Shown: piece by piece, positions 14,201 to 28,000 of the stretch | Numbering within the stretch: the first letter of the stretch is position 1 | Layout of the letters: the number at the start of each line of letters is the position of its first letter | Assembly: GCF_011386835.1 (NCBI RefSeq) | Contig: NC_088809.1 | Coordinates: 6,696,001 to 6,760,000 of the forward strand | DNA length: 64,000 nt | Direction of reading: 5' to 3' | Origin: Chrysemys picta bellii | Taxonomy: Eukaryota | Notes under the pieces: model-generated | Databases searched by the model: none | What the model was told of the DNA's origin: nothing | What the model saw: the letters and a program-made list of their open reading frames with translations, nothing else | Program-made: the position numbers and the translations under genes

Positions 14201-16349
14201 TTATTAGGAGGAACCCCCATAATGTTCTATCCCCCCTCTGTCCTGCAATGAACTCCTGAACCTACACAAAGTTCCTTGCAATACTGGGGCATTACTTATA
14301 ATCTAAACTGCAGTTATACTCTGAGAAGGGGATTGATGCAGGCCCTCTACACTGGGGTAAATCTCACCCTTCTAGAATAAGAAGATATCCCTAGAGTAAT
14401 GCTTGAAGTCTTCCACCTTGAGGCATATATAGAATATGAAAGACTATTTTGTATAGAGCTGAAGCTATTGACTTTGCCAGCAGCATTTTTTTCTTCCCCC
14501 TGTCCAAATATTTGGCGTGAATGAGTGTTGTCTCCTTCACGTAAATCATGTTTTCCAACTGCTTGCTGCTATAGCGCAATTAACGTAGTTAATTAATAGC
14601 ACTTTGTCCATTTATATGAGAAACTCAGTGCCTTGCATACAACTAATTGTCACAGAACCTTTGAAGTGCTGAAGGAGTAAATCCATTTTCCAGTTGGGTA
14701 AACTGAGGAACAGCCAGGTGCCCAAGGAGCTGAAAATAGACCCCCAGGAGTCCTGAAGCCCGGTGCTGTGGTCTAGCCACTCTTCATGCAGTTTGAGAGC
14801 CCACCCTTCTGTGGATGTGGAAATGTGTGATTTCAATGAGCATGATGGTTTCAATGAAGAAGGCTGCGACTACACCTTAAGCATCCTCTCATAAAGATGC
14901 AGACGTCTTGTTCCATGAACAGAGCATTGTTCTCGGCGGGACCATGCTGAGGAGTGATAACCTTGCCAAGGTCTTAAAAAATGAAGACGCATGACTTTTA
15001 TACAAGATTGCATTGTTTCTGTTGTTGCCTGGAAACCTGGATGGGGATGGGGCAGCAGAACATGAGGCTGTCAAATAACTTTAGTTTACTACATGTTGTA
15101 AAACAGCCACAAAGCGAAGTCTCTTTGCTCCACAGCTTCTCCATAGTCTTCCTGGTTTTGGGAAATGGATGGAAGTAGTGGAAGCAGGTAGTACAAAAAA
15201 GTTTAAGGGATGGATGGATGCCTAGCTAGCTAGCATCCCACTAAATAGCAATGTGTCCATGCTGACATGAAGATGTATTGGGTGACCCTATGGTTCCATT
15301 TTATCCATAGTAATCCGAGCACTCCCCATTTCAACAGGAGTGGAAGGGCACAAAGCACCATGCAAAATCAGGCCCTATAGTCTGCATAATTCCAGTGTGT
15401 GCAATTAGTATCTCAGAGGCCAATGTAAAGGAAGGATCCTCCCAAAGACCTCAAGGACCATTGACATAATAATGCACAAATGGAACGGGGAACACCTCCA
15501 AAGATGCAACCTAAATTGTCTAGAAGAGATGGGGAAAATATCTTCCTCTTCTTAGCACTTGCTGTGAGGGCAGAGAGAGAGAAACGCCAGGCCACTGAAA
15601 GATTCAGACATCACAATTCAGCCACCAGCTTTTATTTATATTCAGTTCTCGAAATCTCTTAAATAATATAAAAATACAATTACAGTCTTGGATATTCTCC
15701 TAAAGGTATAAATATCCATCTGCTTTTCCATTGTGGTTTTCAAGTCTTCATAATTGACTGTTAAATAGATACAGTAGAGAAGAAAATAATTTCCCACCCT
15801 GCCATTCGCCCTTAGTAAAATGTGTCCAGGCACCCTTGTACATCTCTCATATGAGTGACAATATGGATGTGGTATTATAGTGTCATGTACACAAACATAG
15901 CCCTAAAGAAAAAGGCATAACTCTGCACTCGCAGTATAAAATCCCTTTTTGAGATAGCCAAGATTTAAAATTCACCAAGAGGCTGCAACACGTTACATTA
16001 CATTGGCTCAAAGGATTAAATCACTGCATCTCTCTGCATGTTGAGGTGATCAGAATTTAACAGGAGAAACGCATCTTCAGAGCGTATTGGGCTTTCCAGT
16101 GTGTGATTGGATAAGCTCTGAAGATATCAACACAAATCCCAGAACAACCCCCTTTATAAAGTGTGGGAGTATTTTATAGAATTAGTCAAAATGTTTTCAT
16201 TGGAACATTTTTTTTCCCCCAACAAAATGGAAATGTTCACAAAATATAAATTCTAAACAAAAAACTGGAGGGTTTTGATGAAAAAAACCCAAAAAATTCA
16301 AAGAAAAATTCCACACGGGGAAACAACATTACCTGAACAGTTCTAGTAT

Positions 16350-16570
16350 TTTATTATTCAATAGGAGACTATAAAGGATCATCAAACCTCACTCTTCAGA
16401 TTTAAGCCTCCAATGGGATTCAGGAAGGAATTTTCCATGTATGCTAAACTAGATGTATTGGGTGGAGCTTTCCTTTTCCTCTGTAGCATCCAATACTGGC
16501 TACTACCAGAGGCAGGATGCTGGACTAGATTGGACTAACAATCTGACCGGTATAGTAACTCCTATGTTCC
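16350..16570 (+). mobile_element. CR1 3' UTR fragment
   Basis: gggattcaggaaggaattttcc...gaggcaggatgctggactagattggac...tcctatgttcct terminus. Confidence 0.6.
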
Positions 16571-17073
16571 TAAAACCCAAGAGCGGTAGATTTAAAAAAT
16601 AATCAAACCCTTCTTTAAAAATTAACCTTAAGGAGAGAGAAGCAAGAAAATGTTCCCTTCTGGGTGAAGCATGCCATGTATCCTGCAATACGTAGGATGA
16701 GCCCTGTATTGCTTATTGATTGATTTTTTTTTTTAAACAGGTTGTGTTGTGCCTTAGTGTTGGAGGACATAGCGGATGCTATGTGTGACCAAAGCAGTTT
16801 CATGTCCCTGATTTGAGGTGCAGCATATAACTGTATTGCATTCAGAACCTCACTTTGGCACTCCGAGTCCAGATTCCTATAAATCCTTTGGATGGATCAT
16901 TAAGCACGCTTGCAGTGTTGCTTTAAAATTATCAGGTTGCAATTAATACGTTTTATTGCTTTCAAAAGCAAAGTCTTATGTTTTTAAAAAGGGCTTCTCT
17001 CTATCTTTGTATTATACGTATCATGAGCATTGATGATGATGATCCCTGAAATTAATTTTTATATATTATATAT

Positions 17074-18737
17074 TAGGGCTGTCAAGCGATTAAAAAAAAT
17101 CTCGATTTAATCGTGCTGTTAAACAATAATAGAATTTAATTTATTTAAATATTTTTGGATGTTTTCTACATTTTCAAATATATTGATTTCAATTAGAGTG
17201 CAGAATACAAAGTGTACAGTGCTCACTTTATATTTATTTTTATTACAAATATTTTCACTGTAAAAAACAATAGAAATAGTATTTCTTAAATTCACCTACT
17301 ACAAGTACTGTAGTGCAATCGCTTTCTCATGAAAGTTGAATTTTCAAATGTAGAATTATGTACAAAAAATAACTGCATTCAAAAATAAAACAATGTACAA
17401 CTTTACAGCCTACAAGTCCACTCAGTCCTACTTCTTGTTCAGCCAATCGCTCAGACAAACAAGTTTGTTCACATTTGTGGGAGATTATGCTGCCCGCTTC
17501 TTGTTTACAATGTCAACTGAAAGTGAGAACAATGGCGCAGTTGTAGCCAGCATCGCAAGATATTTGCGTGCCAGATGCGCTAAAGATTCATATGTCCCTT
17601 CATGCTTCAACCACCATTCCAGAGGACGTGCTTCCATGCTAATGACGGGTTCTGCTTGATAACGATCCAAAGCAGTATGGACCGATGCATGTTCATTTTC
17701 ATCATCTGAGTCAGATGCCACCAGCAGAACATTGATTTTCTTTTTTGGTGATTCAAGTTCTGTAGTTTCCACATCTGAGTATTGCTCTTTTAAGACTTCT
17801 GAAAGCATGCTCCACACCTCATCCCTCTCAGATTTTGGAAGGCACTTCAGATTCTTAAACCTTGGGTCGAGTGCTGTAGCTATCTTTTGAAATCTCACAT
17901 TGGTACTTTCTTTGCGTTTTGTCATATCTGCAGTGAAAGCGTTCTTAAAATGAACGTGTGCTGGGTCACCATCCGAGACTGCTATATCATGAAATATATA
18001 GCAGAATGTGCGTAAAACACAGAGCAGCAGACATACAATACTCCCCCAAGGAGTTCAGTCATAAATTAATACTTTTTTTTTTAATGAGCGTCAGCAGCAT
18101 GGAAGCATGTCCTCTGGAATGGTGACCGAAGCATGAAGGGGCATACGAATGTTTAGCATATCTGACACGTAAATACCTTGCGATGCCAGCTACAAAAGTG
18201 TCATGCGAATGTCTGTTCTCACTTTCAGGTGACACTGTAAATAAGAATCGGGCAGCATTATCCTCCATGTATGTAAACAAACTGGTTTGTCTTAGCGATT
18301 GGCTGCACAAGAAGTAGGACTGAGTGGACTTGTAGGCTCTAAAGTTTTACATTGTTTTGTTTTTGAGTGAAGTTCTGTAACAAAAAAAAATCAAAATTTG
18401 TAATTTGCCCTTTCATGATAAAGAGATTGCACTACAGTACTTGTATTAGGTGAATTGAAAAATATCTTTTGTTTATAATTTTTACAGTGCAAATATCTGT
18501 AATAAAAATAATAATGTAAAGTGAACGCTGTACACTTTATATTCTGTCATAATTGAAATCAATATAGTTGAAAATGTAGAAAAACATCCAAAAATATTTA
18601 TAATAAATTTCAATTGGTATTTTATTATTGTTTAACAGTGTGATTAAAACTGCGATTAATTGTGATTAATTTTTTAAAATAGCAAATAATTTTTTTAGTT
18701 AATCGCGTGGATTAACTGTGATTAATCGACAGCCATA
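17074..18737. mobile_element. Foldback-type non-autonomous hAT with transposase C-terminal remnant
   Basis: Termini tagggctgtc / gacagccata; inverted arms 17074-17648 and 18089-18737; ORF 17485..17925(-) has LDPRFK and PLEWW..LAHLARKYL of the hAT dimerisation region. Confidence 0.9.
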
Positions 18738-18880
18738 TATAAGATTCCTATTGATAAGTGTTAGGAAAAACATCAAGGCTATGTTGTAAAATCAGCTGTA
18801 GTCTAGGGCTTCTCAACTGGAGAAAAGTGTTTGAAACAAAAAATTAACCTCCACAGAGCCTGGTATTGGATGGCGAGTGT

Positions 18881-19072
18881 TCATTGGAAAAGAAGACTCA
18901 TGACGTAGATAAGTGTTGGGACCACCAATAAAGCCTTTGCAGGAGGCTGGACGACACTGACATCAGAGCGGTACACGATTCTGTCATTGAGAGGTTGAAC
19001 AGGTCGGAAATTGTCGGTCATGAGTAATGTTTTATTCTTAGTGAAGTAAAGCGTCTCCAAGAAGTTCTCCAC
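18881..19072 (-). CDS. CA4: CA4-type gene exon 8 (..MTDNFRPVQPLNDR.. plus GPI signal)
   Basis: 192 nt ending TGA; NFRPxQPLNxR motif then hydrophobic tail LLVVPTLIYVMSLLFQ. Lies inside track ORF 18881..19090. Confidence 0.95.
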   Translation of the reverse strand: MENFLETLYFTKNKTLLMTDNFRPVQPLNDRIVYRSDVSVVQPPAKALLVVPTLIYVMSLLFQ

Positions 19073-22000
19073 CTGCACACCACCATCCAAAAATAGTTAT
19101 TTTTTTTTTGAGGGAAAGAAAAGGGAATTGTCCTATCTTGATTCTATAGTTCCTCACACGGTAGTATTGCTCTGAACCACAAGAGTAGATAATGTTTTCA
19201 CCCCTCTTAGCCCAGTGCCACCAAAACTTGTTCCCCAGATCACTGACAGATGCTTGCTTCTAGCCCAGGCAGACTCCTTAAACTTCCTCCCAGCTAAACA
19301 TCCTAGTCCTGTCTAGCGCAAGCCACCCTGGAAAGACAGGTCTTTTCTCTATGTTCAGCTCCTGCCCCATCCCTCAGGGCAAGGGATAGCTCAGTGGTTT
19401 GAGCATTGGCCTGCTAAACCCAGGGTTGTGAGTTCAATCCTTGAGGGGGCCACTTAGGGATCCGAGGCAAAATCAGTACTTGGTCCTGCTAGTGGAGGCA
19501 GGGGGCTGGACTCGATGACCTTTCAAGGTCCCTTCCAGTTCTAGGAGATAGGATATCTCCATTAACAAACAAAACAAAGGCCCCTGTGACACAACTCGCA
19601 GGGATCAAGATTACATGCCCCACCTCCTCTGGCTCTTCTCTAGAACCTAACTCCTGGCTACTTGCAGCAGGAATTTAGCCAGCAACTGCCAGCTGTGAGG
19701 CATACTCCCAATTTCTCATTTCCCCCATTGCACTGTTTCACATCTGGCTGGGTGTTGGGTTCTCAGCAAACACTGAGCAACTTTCATTAAGCTTACGGAC
19801 TCAGTCTGATGGGGTATCACACTGTGGACATAATGGTCATTGTTTGCGGATAAGGAACTGACCCAGAAGGGTTGTGACTTGTCCAAGCCTACTCAATGAG
19901 TTCATGGTAGAGCTGAGATGGGAGCGCCAACAGATCATGATCACTGGACCACCCTGCCTCTATAAGGTATTATAGTGGTAAGTACCCCCATGACTCCTTG
20001 CTTTATAGAAAGCAGAAATAAATTATTTCAGGTTGAAGTTGAAGCAGGACAGAATGGTGTTTATGACTTGATGGATGCAAAGATATAATTTTAAAAATAT
20101 TCTGTTCTATTAAAATAAAATTCTAAACGGGGCTAGAGGAAAAAGGCCAGTCACCCATTATTTAGTTCTCAGAAACAATTCAGCGACACATTCCAAAACA
20201 TCTGAAGTTAGAGGATGATTCAGACCCTCATTTAGAGGCACTATGGGGCATTGGATAGAGCACTGAACTAGCATTCATCTGAATTTGGTTCCCACTTCTG
20301 CCACTGATTCACTGTGTGGCCTTTGGCAAGTCACTTAATTACAATGTGCTTTAGTTTCCCCACTTTTAAAATGGCAATGATACTGACATTCCTTTGAGAA
20401 TTGCTCTGAGATCCTTTTTTCAGAGTAGCAGCCGTGTCAGTCTGTATCCACAAAAAGAACAGGAGTACTTGTGGCACCTTAGAGACTAACAAATTTATTA
20501 GAGCATAAGCTTTCGTGGACTACAGCCCACTTATGCATCCGAAGAAGGTATGCCACAAGTACTCCTGTTCTTCTTTTTCTGAGATCCTTGTATGCAAAAT
20601 GCCATATAAGATATAGTATATGCCCATCCCCTTTTTTTGGAGTGGGGAAGGATTCTGAGTTTTGTTTTTTCACCAAAATGAGTGGTGGGACAGATGGCAA
20701 ACATACTGGGCAGTGTATGATCTGTTGTGGTGACATTGATTTGGAGTCTCTTAAGATTGGACGGCAGAAGGTAATGGAGAAGGGGACAATCCTACATTGG
20801 ACTTTGTATGTGAGAGAGCATATGTGGGAGGGAAGAAAAGAAGGTGGGGAGTGGGAGTGAGACAGACCAAATGACCTCACTGCTTAGGGTGACCAGATAG
20901 CAAATGTGAAAAATCGGGATGGGGGGGGGGTAATAGGAGCCTATATTAAAAAAAAGACCCAAAAATCGGGACTGTCCCAATAAAATCGGGACATCTGGTC
21001 ACCCTATCACTGCTCCTTTCAGTCTATAACTCGAGGAATTACCTGACTTTCCTTCAGTATGATTGGCTCCTGAAATATTGTCCAGACGACAGCCTGGTTG
21101 CAGTTGGGCGTGGTCAGTGAGCCATTGTACCGATAATAACGTGTGAGATTCACTTTAGCTGGAATGAGCGATTCCAGGGGCAAAGATGTCATATTTTTTT
21201 GAGACCCTAGGAAAACAATGGAAAAACATCAGTTGGAATGGGCATGGTTACAGGCTCACTTTTACAGCTCCCTTCAACTCTGGCTTCTACTACCTCATAG
21301 TCCCCCATCGCTGGTTGTGGGGGAGGCGGGGGCTACTGCGCCTGCCCGTCTCAAGAGCCCCTGCAGAGCACAGCTATACAGCACGGACACCTTGTGTGCA
21401 GGGGCAACTCCAGGCACCAGCGCAGCAAGCGCGTGCTTTGGGCGGCAAGCCGTAGGGGGCCGCCTGCCGGTCGCTGTGAGGGCGGCAGTCAGGCGGCCTT
21501 TGGCGACATGCCTGCGGGAGGTCCACCGGTCCCGCAGTTTCGGCGCCAATTCAGCGGCGGGTACGCCGAAGCTACAGGACTGGCAGATCACCCGCGGACC
21601 GCCCGCAGCCGAAGCCCGCCTGACTGCCGTGCTCGGGGCAGCAAAAAACATAGAGCTGCCCCTGCTTGTGTCTAAGCTCTCCATACCCTGCTTCCTCGCT
21701 TAAAATCACTTCAAAGTTTCTTCTGAATTGAGGGCAAGTCTACGCTTAAAACGCTGCTGCACCTGTAGAGTGCTTTAATCAAGATGCTCTAAGCCGACAG
21801 AGAGAGCTCTCCCATCAGCTTAGTTAATCCACCTCCCAAGAGTCAGTAGCAATGTTGGCAGGAGAAGCTCTCCTGCCGATGCAGCGCTGTTGACATGGGG
21901 GGGTAGGTCGTGGATTTTTCATATCCCTGAGTGATGTAGTTATACCGATATAGGTCTGTTGTGTAGAGCGGACCTTAGGCTTGATGCTCCTATCTGTGAA

Positions 22001-25000
22001 TTCAAACGCGGATCTCACTTGAGTACCAGGAGAAGGACTGGCCGCTTTATATATCCTACGTATAATGATTATCTTGATAAATAAATTCAAATTGCCCGAT
22101 GATAAATCCAAGCTCCTTACCTTTGAGAGCAACTTCATTTAACATCTCTATTAGAGGTTCATAGTTTTCATTTTTTGCACCGGTCTGAAACAATATTTTG
22201 AGTCAGAAAATGTACCCATTTCCTCAGACATTTGCCCCTCATGTAACTTTTAATTTAATTATTAATGAAACAGAAAAGAAGTGGGAAAGAAAGCAGAACA
22301 AAAATCAATTAGCTGAACATAGCAAAGTCACTGCGGCTATGTCTACTCTACAGTCAGAAGTGTGACTGCTGCATGTGTAGACATTCCCAAACTAGCTTTG
22401 ATCTAACCAGCTCGAATAACAATAGCAGTGAAGTTGCAATAGGATGGGCTTGGTGCGTGAGTCCATACCCAGGGACGGGTGGGCTTCTGTAGCCTGTGCT
22501 CCTTGTGGTATCACTGGTATTGTTATTCAAGCTAGCAAAATCAAAGCTAGCTCAGATGCTGTGTTGCAGTCACGTCTCTCTGATCGCAGTGCAGACATTT
22601 ACTAAGCACTAGAGGTGAGGCCAGACTTAAATGGTTGATCTGGACCCCTGAAAACATTGGGGAACTTTGGCTTCTGGCCAGTTCTATAGCCAAACCTTGC
22701 AACTTGGGCCAAGCTTTGGTAGGTGCCACTCTTAGGTGGCTAATTTAAAAAAAACCCTGGCAACTTACCTTTATAAAGAACCCCAGCACGGCCAGACCTT
22801 CTTTATCAGTCACTGCCTGCTCTGTAGTGGAGAAACCCTCTTTCCTGTGGACTATATGAAGCTGTAATACAGGCATTAACGGTCCATTATTACTCCCTTT
22901 TCTTTATAGCCATTTATTGTTGGCCAGTCCTGGCCCCTTCCCTGTGCCCTGGGTGTGGAGAAGCCACTGCTGTTCTACTGTGGAGGTGGGGCAGGGCCAC
23001 TCCCTGCCCGCAGCTGGCGAGAGGCACTGTGGACAATATGGGGCTGGTGAATTTGCAAAGACATGTACCCAAAGGCAGTTCCGCCCTCCCCTCCCTCCGC
23101 CCCTGTAAAAGAGGAGCTTATGGGCTACTGCCGCCCTGGATCTGCAGTGGTTCCACTGTTACTCCATGACCTGAGGTGGAGGGTGATTTCCTCCCACCAA
23201 CTCGCTTGGGACCCTCCTGCATCAAGCCCACCTGGTTTGTCTACAGAGGTTGGATTTGCCCTCTCTGCTATTGGAGGAATTGATACCTGTCGCTGCACGG
23301 TCACAACAGAAGTGTCTGAATAAGCAAGTGTGAAACTGGGAGATACAGGCTTCATAGCCTGAACTGCTACTGCCTCCTCTGAAGGCTAAATAATCCTGGG
23401 TTTTACTGCCTGTCCTCATTGGCCTTTGCCATGCAAAACTTCCAGCTCCTGATTGTTTTTCATCTGTGTTCTGCACAGGGCTCAACAAACAAATTCTCAG
23501 TTCTTTAATTCCCCTCCTGGAGTCTTGCAAAAGAATCTGTTGGTTTATTTCATTCAACATTAGGTTAAGAAGCCAGAGTTCTTGGACCTGGCTGCGTTAA
23601 CAGAGAGAGAATCTCACCTACCTCCATAGCGTATCTCTCTCCATCTATGCTGTGTTCCGATCCAGGGCTGAATCCTTTGCTTGTGCCCCAGTGGAAGTGA
23701 AACTCGATCGCATTGTATTTATTTCGAAGACCTCCACCTCCAATCTTTGCTGACCCGCTAAGAGATACTTTAACTGGTAGAAACAAGTAGTTAAGAGCCA
23801 AATAATTGTTTTCTTTTTATTTTAAGAATAATTGAAACTAGCAAGGGGCATTGGTTGCGAAAGCTCTGGAACCAGGGTTTCCCAGAAATTCACTGGGTTT
23901 TGGATTCAATGCTTTGGCTCAGCCCTTTATATTGAGTGACCTAGAACTTCAGATCCAGATCTGACTCTGAACACTCCCGAGTACTGGTTCAAATGTGATT
24001 AAAACGGGGAACAGTCCAATCCCTATATCCAGGGCACAGGAGTAGTTCAGATACTTGAGAGTTTGATTTCCTAATGACCTTGTGCTAGTTGCTTAGGGCC
24101 TAATTTGCCAAAGTACTGAGCACCTGTGGCTCCAGTTGAAGTCTATGGCAACTCTAGGTGCATCACACTTCTACAGCTCAGGCTATTAACCTCTCCGTAC
24201 CTCAGTTCTCTCATCTGTAAAATGGTGATAATGATACTTACCTCTCTTTGTAAAGGGGAGACCTATGGATGAAAAATACTACGTAACGGAAGAGAATTGT
24301 GTACTGCAATCTATGGAAGTTGTATTTATTTTGGTGAAAGCCAATTAAATGAGCTTTGGTGGTAGCATCTTCATCGGCCTTTCTTTTAATCAATTGTTCT
24401 CATCAATTTAATGTTTAAATAAATCAATACTAGCTTTTCAATGCAGTGTAAGGTTAACAGACAATCTCTTCCTTGCTGGGAGCGTCTAAGTGACTGGTTT
24501 GTTGCCAGGAGGGAAGCAAGAGCCTATGCTTCTCTCACTTTTAAGACAAACACACTAGGTTTCTTCCTCTGTTATCTAGAAAGGAGATGTTGGAACAGGG
24601 ATTTTTCCTTTTAAATGTACAGAGTTGCATTCTAGAAGGTGAACTTGGTCCCAAGAGGTTTATTTGTTGGTTTCTATTTTTGTCTCCTATTGTGTGTACT
24701 GCAGTATTTATTTGCTTTGAGAGTCTTGCAGAGTTTATAGTTAAAGACACTGTTACATGTCTCAACTGTAGGACTCACTTTCACTTTACACCAGTCTAAC
24801 TATAGAGCTGTGGTTTTCAACCTGTGGTTTGTGAGCTCCTGGGGGTCTGCAGACTATGTCTAAGATTTCCAAAAGGGTCTGCACCTCCACTCGAAATTTT
24901 TTAAGGGGTCTGCAAATGAAAAAAGGTTAAAACCAATGCTATAGAGTAAAACTAGGTAAGCGAAGCCTGTGTAAGAGCAGAGTTTGGGTCCGTTATTAAA

Positions 25001-28000
25001 AGGAGAATAAAACCTATCTCCGGGAAGAATAAAAATATTTTCTAGTGATAATTTCCCTTAACCTTTCTCTGATTGACAGATTTGTGATGCATTTGAAAAT
25101 GGCAGTCTTTGTGCTCTCTGGGAGATGGAATTAGGACCTCTGAGAAGAAGGCTGGTCTAGTAGATAAGGCCCTGGATTGGGACTTGGGAGATATGAGTTC
25201 AATACCCAGCTCCCAAAGATTGGCTGCATGTCCTTAGATGAGTCATTTCCTAGCTGTGTTCCTCACTTCCCTGTCTGTAAAATGGATTAGTAACATTTCT
25301 TTGGTCTGTTTAGGCCAGGCCTGCACAACATGCGGCCCGTGTGGGCTCTTTGTGCGGCCCGCAGGGGGTGAGTAGGTGGGCTCACTGTGTGGCCCGCAGG
25401 GGAAGGAGGATTTGTTTCTGTGGGGCAGGCGGCACTGGGGGGAGTGTTTCAGTGGCGCTGGGGGGGTTGTTTCTGTGGGGCGGGGTTGTTGTGTTTCAGG
25501 GGGGCTGGGCGGTGCTGGGGGGTGGGGTTCAGCGGGGCCGGGGGGTTTCGGCCCTCAGCTGTTTTCTTTGGAGTAATATGGCCCTCTCCGCTTTACGAGT
25601 TGTGCAGACCTGGTTTAGACTGTCAGGTCTTGTGGGCCGTGACTCTTACTATGTGTATGAAAGACACCTAGCACAATGAGGCTCCAATCTCGGAGCATTT
25701 AGGTGCTATTGAAATCTAAAAATAATAATTGCATCCAATCTTCTTCTCATTGCACCAGCGGGAGTTTTGCTCCCCCCGCTGCAAACCCCCCTTTTGCATG
25801 TCGGGGAATTAAAGTTCTAAGCGGTTTCTATGAGCATTTATTTTTTATACAAAGACACTTCTATGAGCATCAGCCAGGCTTTGAAGATTCCACAATTGTA
25901 TATTGTACCAAAAAGGCTATTAACTTTGTTTTTTCTTACAAACTTCTTCTGATTTTCCACTAATGTGGACAGTCGGCCTAAATATTGAATTTCAAAACCA
26001 AAATCTCATTACCCAATCCATCTGCTTTTTTTAATTTCAGCTGTCTCCAGGGGAGCACTTTTCTATGGGGCCATTTAGATTTAGGGGCCTGGCTGTCAAG
26101 CAGCCGGTTCTCTTGACAACAGTCCAGTTTTTTCAACTCTCCTTATGCTTTGGGGTCTCTGACAAAAATGGATGCACAGAAATATAAATACAAATTTTTA
26201 TGCCAGGCCTGTACCTCTTCATACATTATTGTCAAAGTAGGAGGAGGTCAATCTTTCTGCATTGGTTTTATCATCCTACCTGTTGTGGTTTTTGTGCAGC
26301 AAAAAAGTCACTGAGAGGGTCATTGGGGTCAATTAGACATCTCAGTGTTAGTGGGGAAAATGAAAGTATTGCACTTCCAAGGTCTTGGGGGGAGGGGTCT
26401 AAACACATACAAAAATTTGAATAAAACATGATAGGCAAGCCATAGCTTCTTTTTTCTCTAAGTATTCTCAAGCTATGATGAGGACAACCTGTTAGCATTG
26501 GTTTTGTCTACATATCTGTTGTGGTTTTAGCATAGCGAAAACAGTCACTTAAAAGGTATTAGGGCCCCAAATTAATTATGCAGGTATTCCAGCATCAGAT
26601 GATTTTTACTTTGAGGCAGCAGTTATTATATGAATCCTAAGTCATTGTTTTTATCATCACAGTTTGTGTTTTTTGTTTTTCAAAAAAAAAAAATGCACCA
26701 AATTGGTCTGTTGGTCTGTGAGCCCCCAGATAACATTTGCCTCATGTATCATCACATAACATTTGTAGAGCAAATTGAGTTTCTTTGAAGATAGTACCAT
26801 CAAACTGATTTTCTGGGAAGCCTGCACTTGCTAGGAAAAGTTTCTGGGGAAGCCACAATTGTCAGATACATTTTCTGGCAAGCCCACACTCGACAGATGC
26901 TGTTACTGGGGCAAAGACTCAAAGTTGCATTGCACACACATGTTGCATTTCGGAATGCATATATGGTTTTGATTTTGTTGAATTGCACATGGCACAATAA
27001 ACCTCTGAGTCAGAGATGGATGTTTCCCAGGGACCTGGGTACAGGAATGGTGAAACCACTGGTGCAAAGATAGGAGCGATGCAGCCTGGCTTTAGGCTTC
27101 TAGAGTAGCAGCATCTGTGTGTGCTGGGTACTGATCCAGAGCCAAATGGGGAAGATGTTACAAGATGTTACATCTGGTCCAGAGAACGAGACAGAAAAAT
27201 ACGTCAGAAATGTGTGAAGTGTAAAAACGTTGTATGTTCAGAACCTGTCACCTATTTTTGCTCTATTTGTTCCAAGTATTTGACCATTTAGTTGCTACTT
27301 TGCTGTATCTGTGCCTTTTATATGATTGTTGTTGCTATCTAGTTTCATTGTTCAAACATGGGGTCAGTTAGACCCTGACACTATTGTGTAGCTTTCTTTA
27401 AAATGTGTTTGATCATAGGGTCCGTTAGACCACAAGTACTGTATCTGAATCTAGGAAAGTTTTAATTTGTATATACATAGTTGTATAGTTCACTGGTTAC
27501 AATAAAACCAGCTTTAAATGTATCCTCCAATTTCCAATTTTCCCCACCCCCAATTTTGACATACCAGGTGTCTCCAAGATCCCAATAGAGAAATAGTTGG
27601 GTGATTTTGGGTCCAATATGAGGGTTAAATCACCACTAAGTGTTTAAAAAAAAAATACAAACAGTTTTTGTAGACTTAATAACCTGACGCAACACAGTAC
27701 TGCCACAGAGTATCCCCAGTAATATTTCTTCCCGATAGACAGCCTGGAAGAACATTAAAGCTGAATCAGTAAATAGCTAATTAATCAGCTCTGGCCAATT
27801 AACTTCAGTGTGTGAAGAAAATAATCTCAACACTGAAAATGTTTCTGATAGCAATTAAGGAGCTAATAAAACACAGCAAAATAGGTAAACCCCATTCATT
27901 GCCATAACTTACCCGTATGCCCATTATTTTCTATGCGCCAAGGGGAGGACTGATTGGTATTATAGCCTTCAAAAGTAAATGGTTTCAGGTCCTCTTTGTA

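Noticed and set aside
19383-19455. tRNA gene
   Set aside because: A and B boxes are present but there is no complete cloverleaf, and it continues into a CR1-like tail; it is a SINE.
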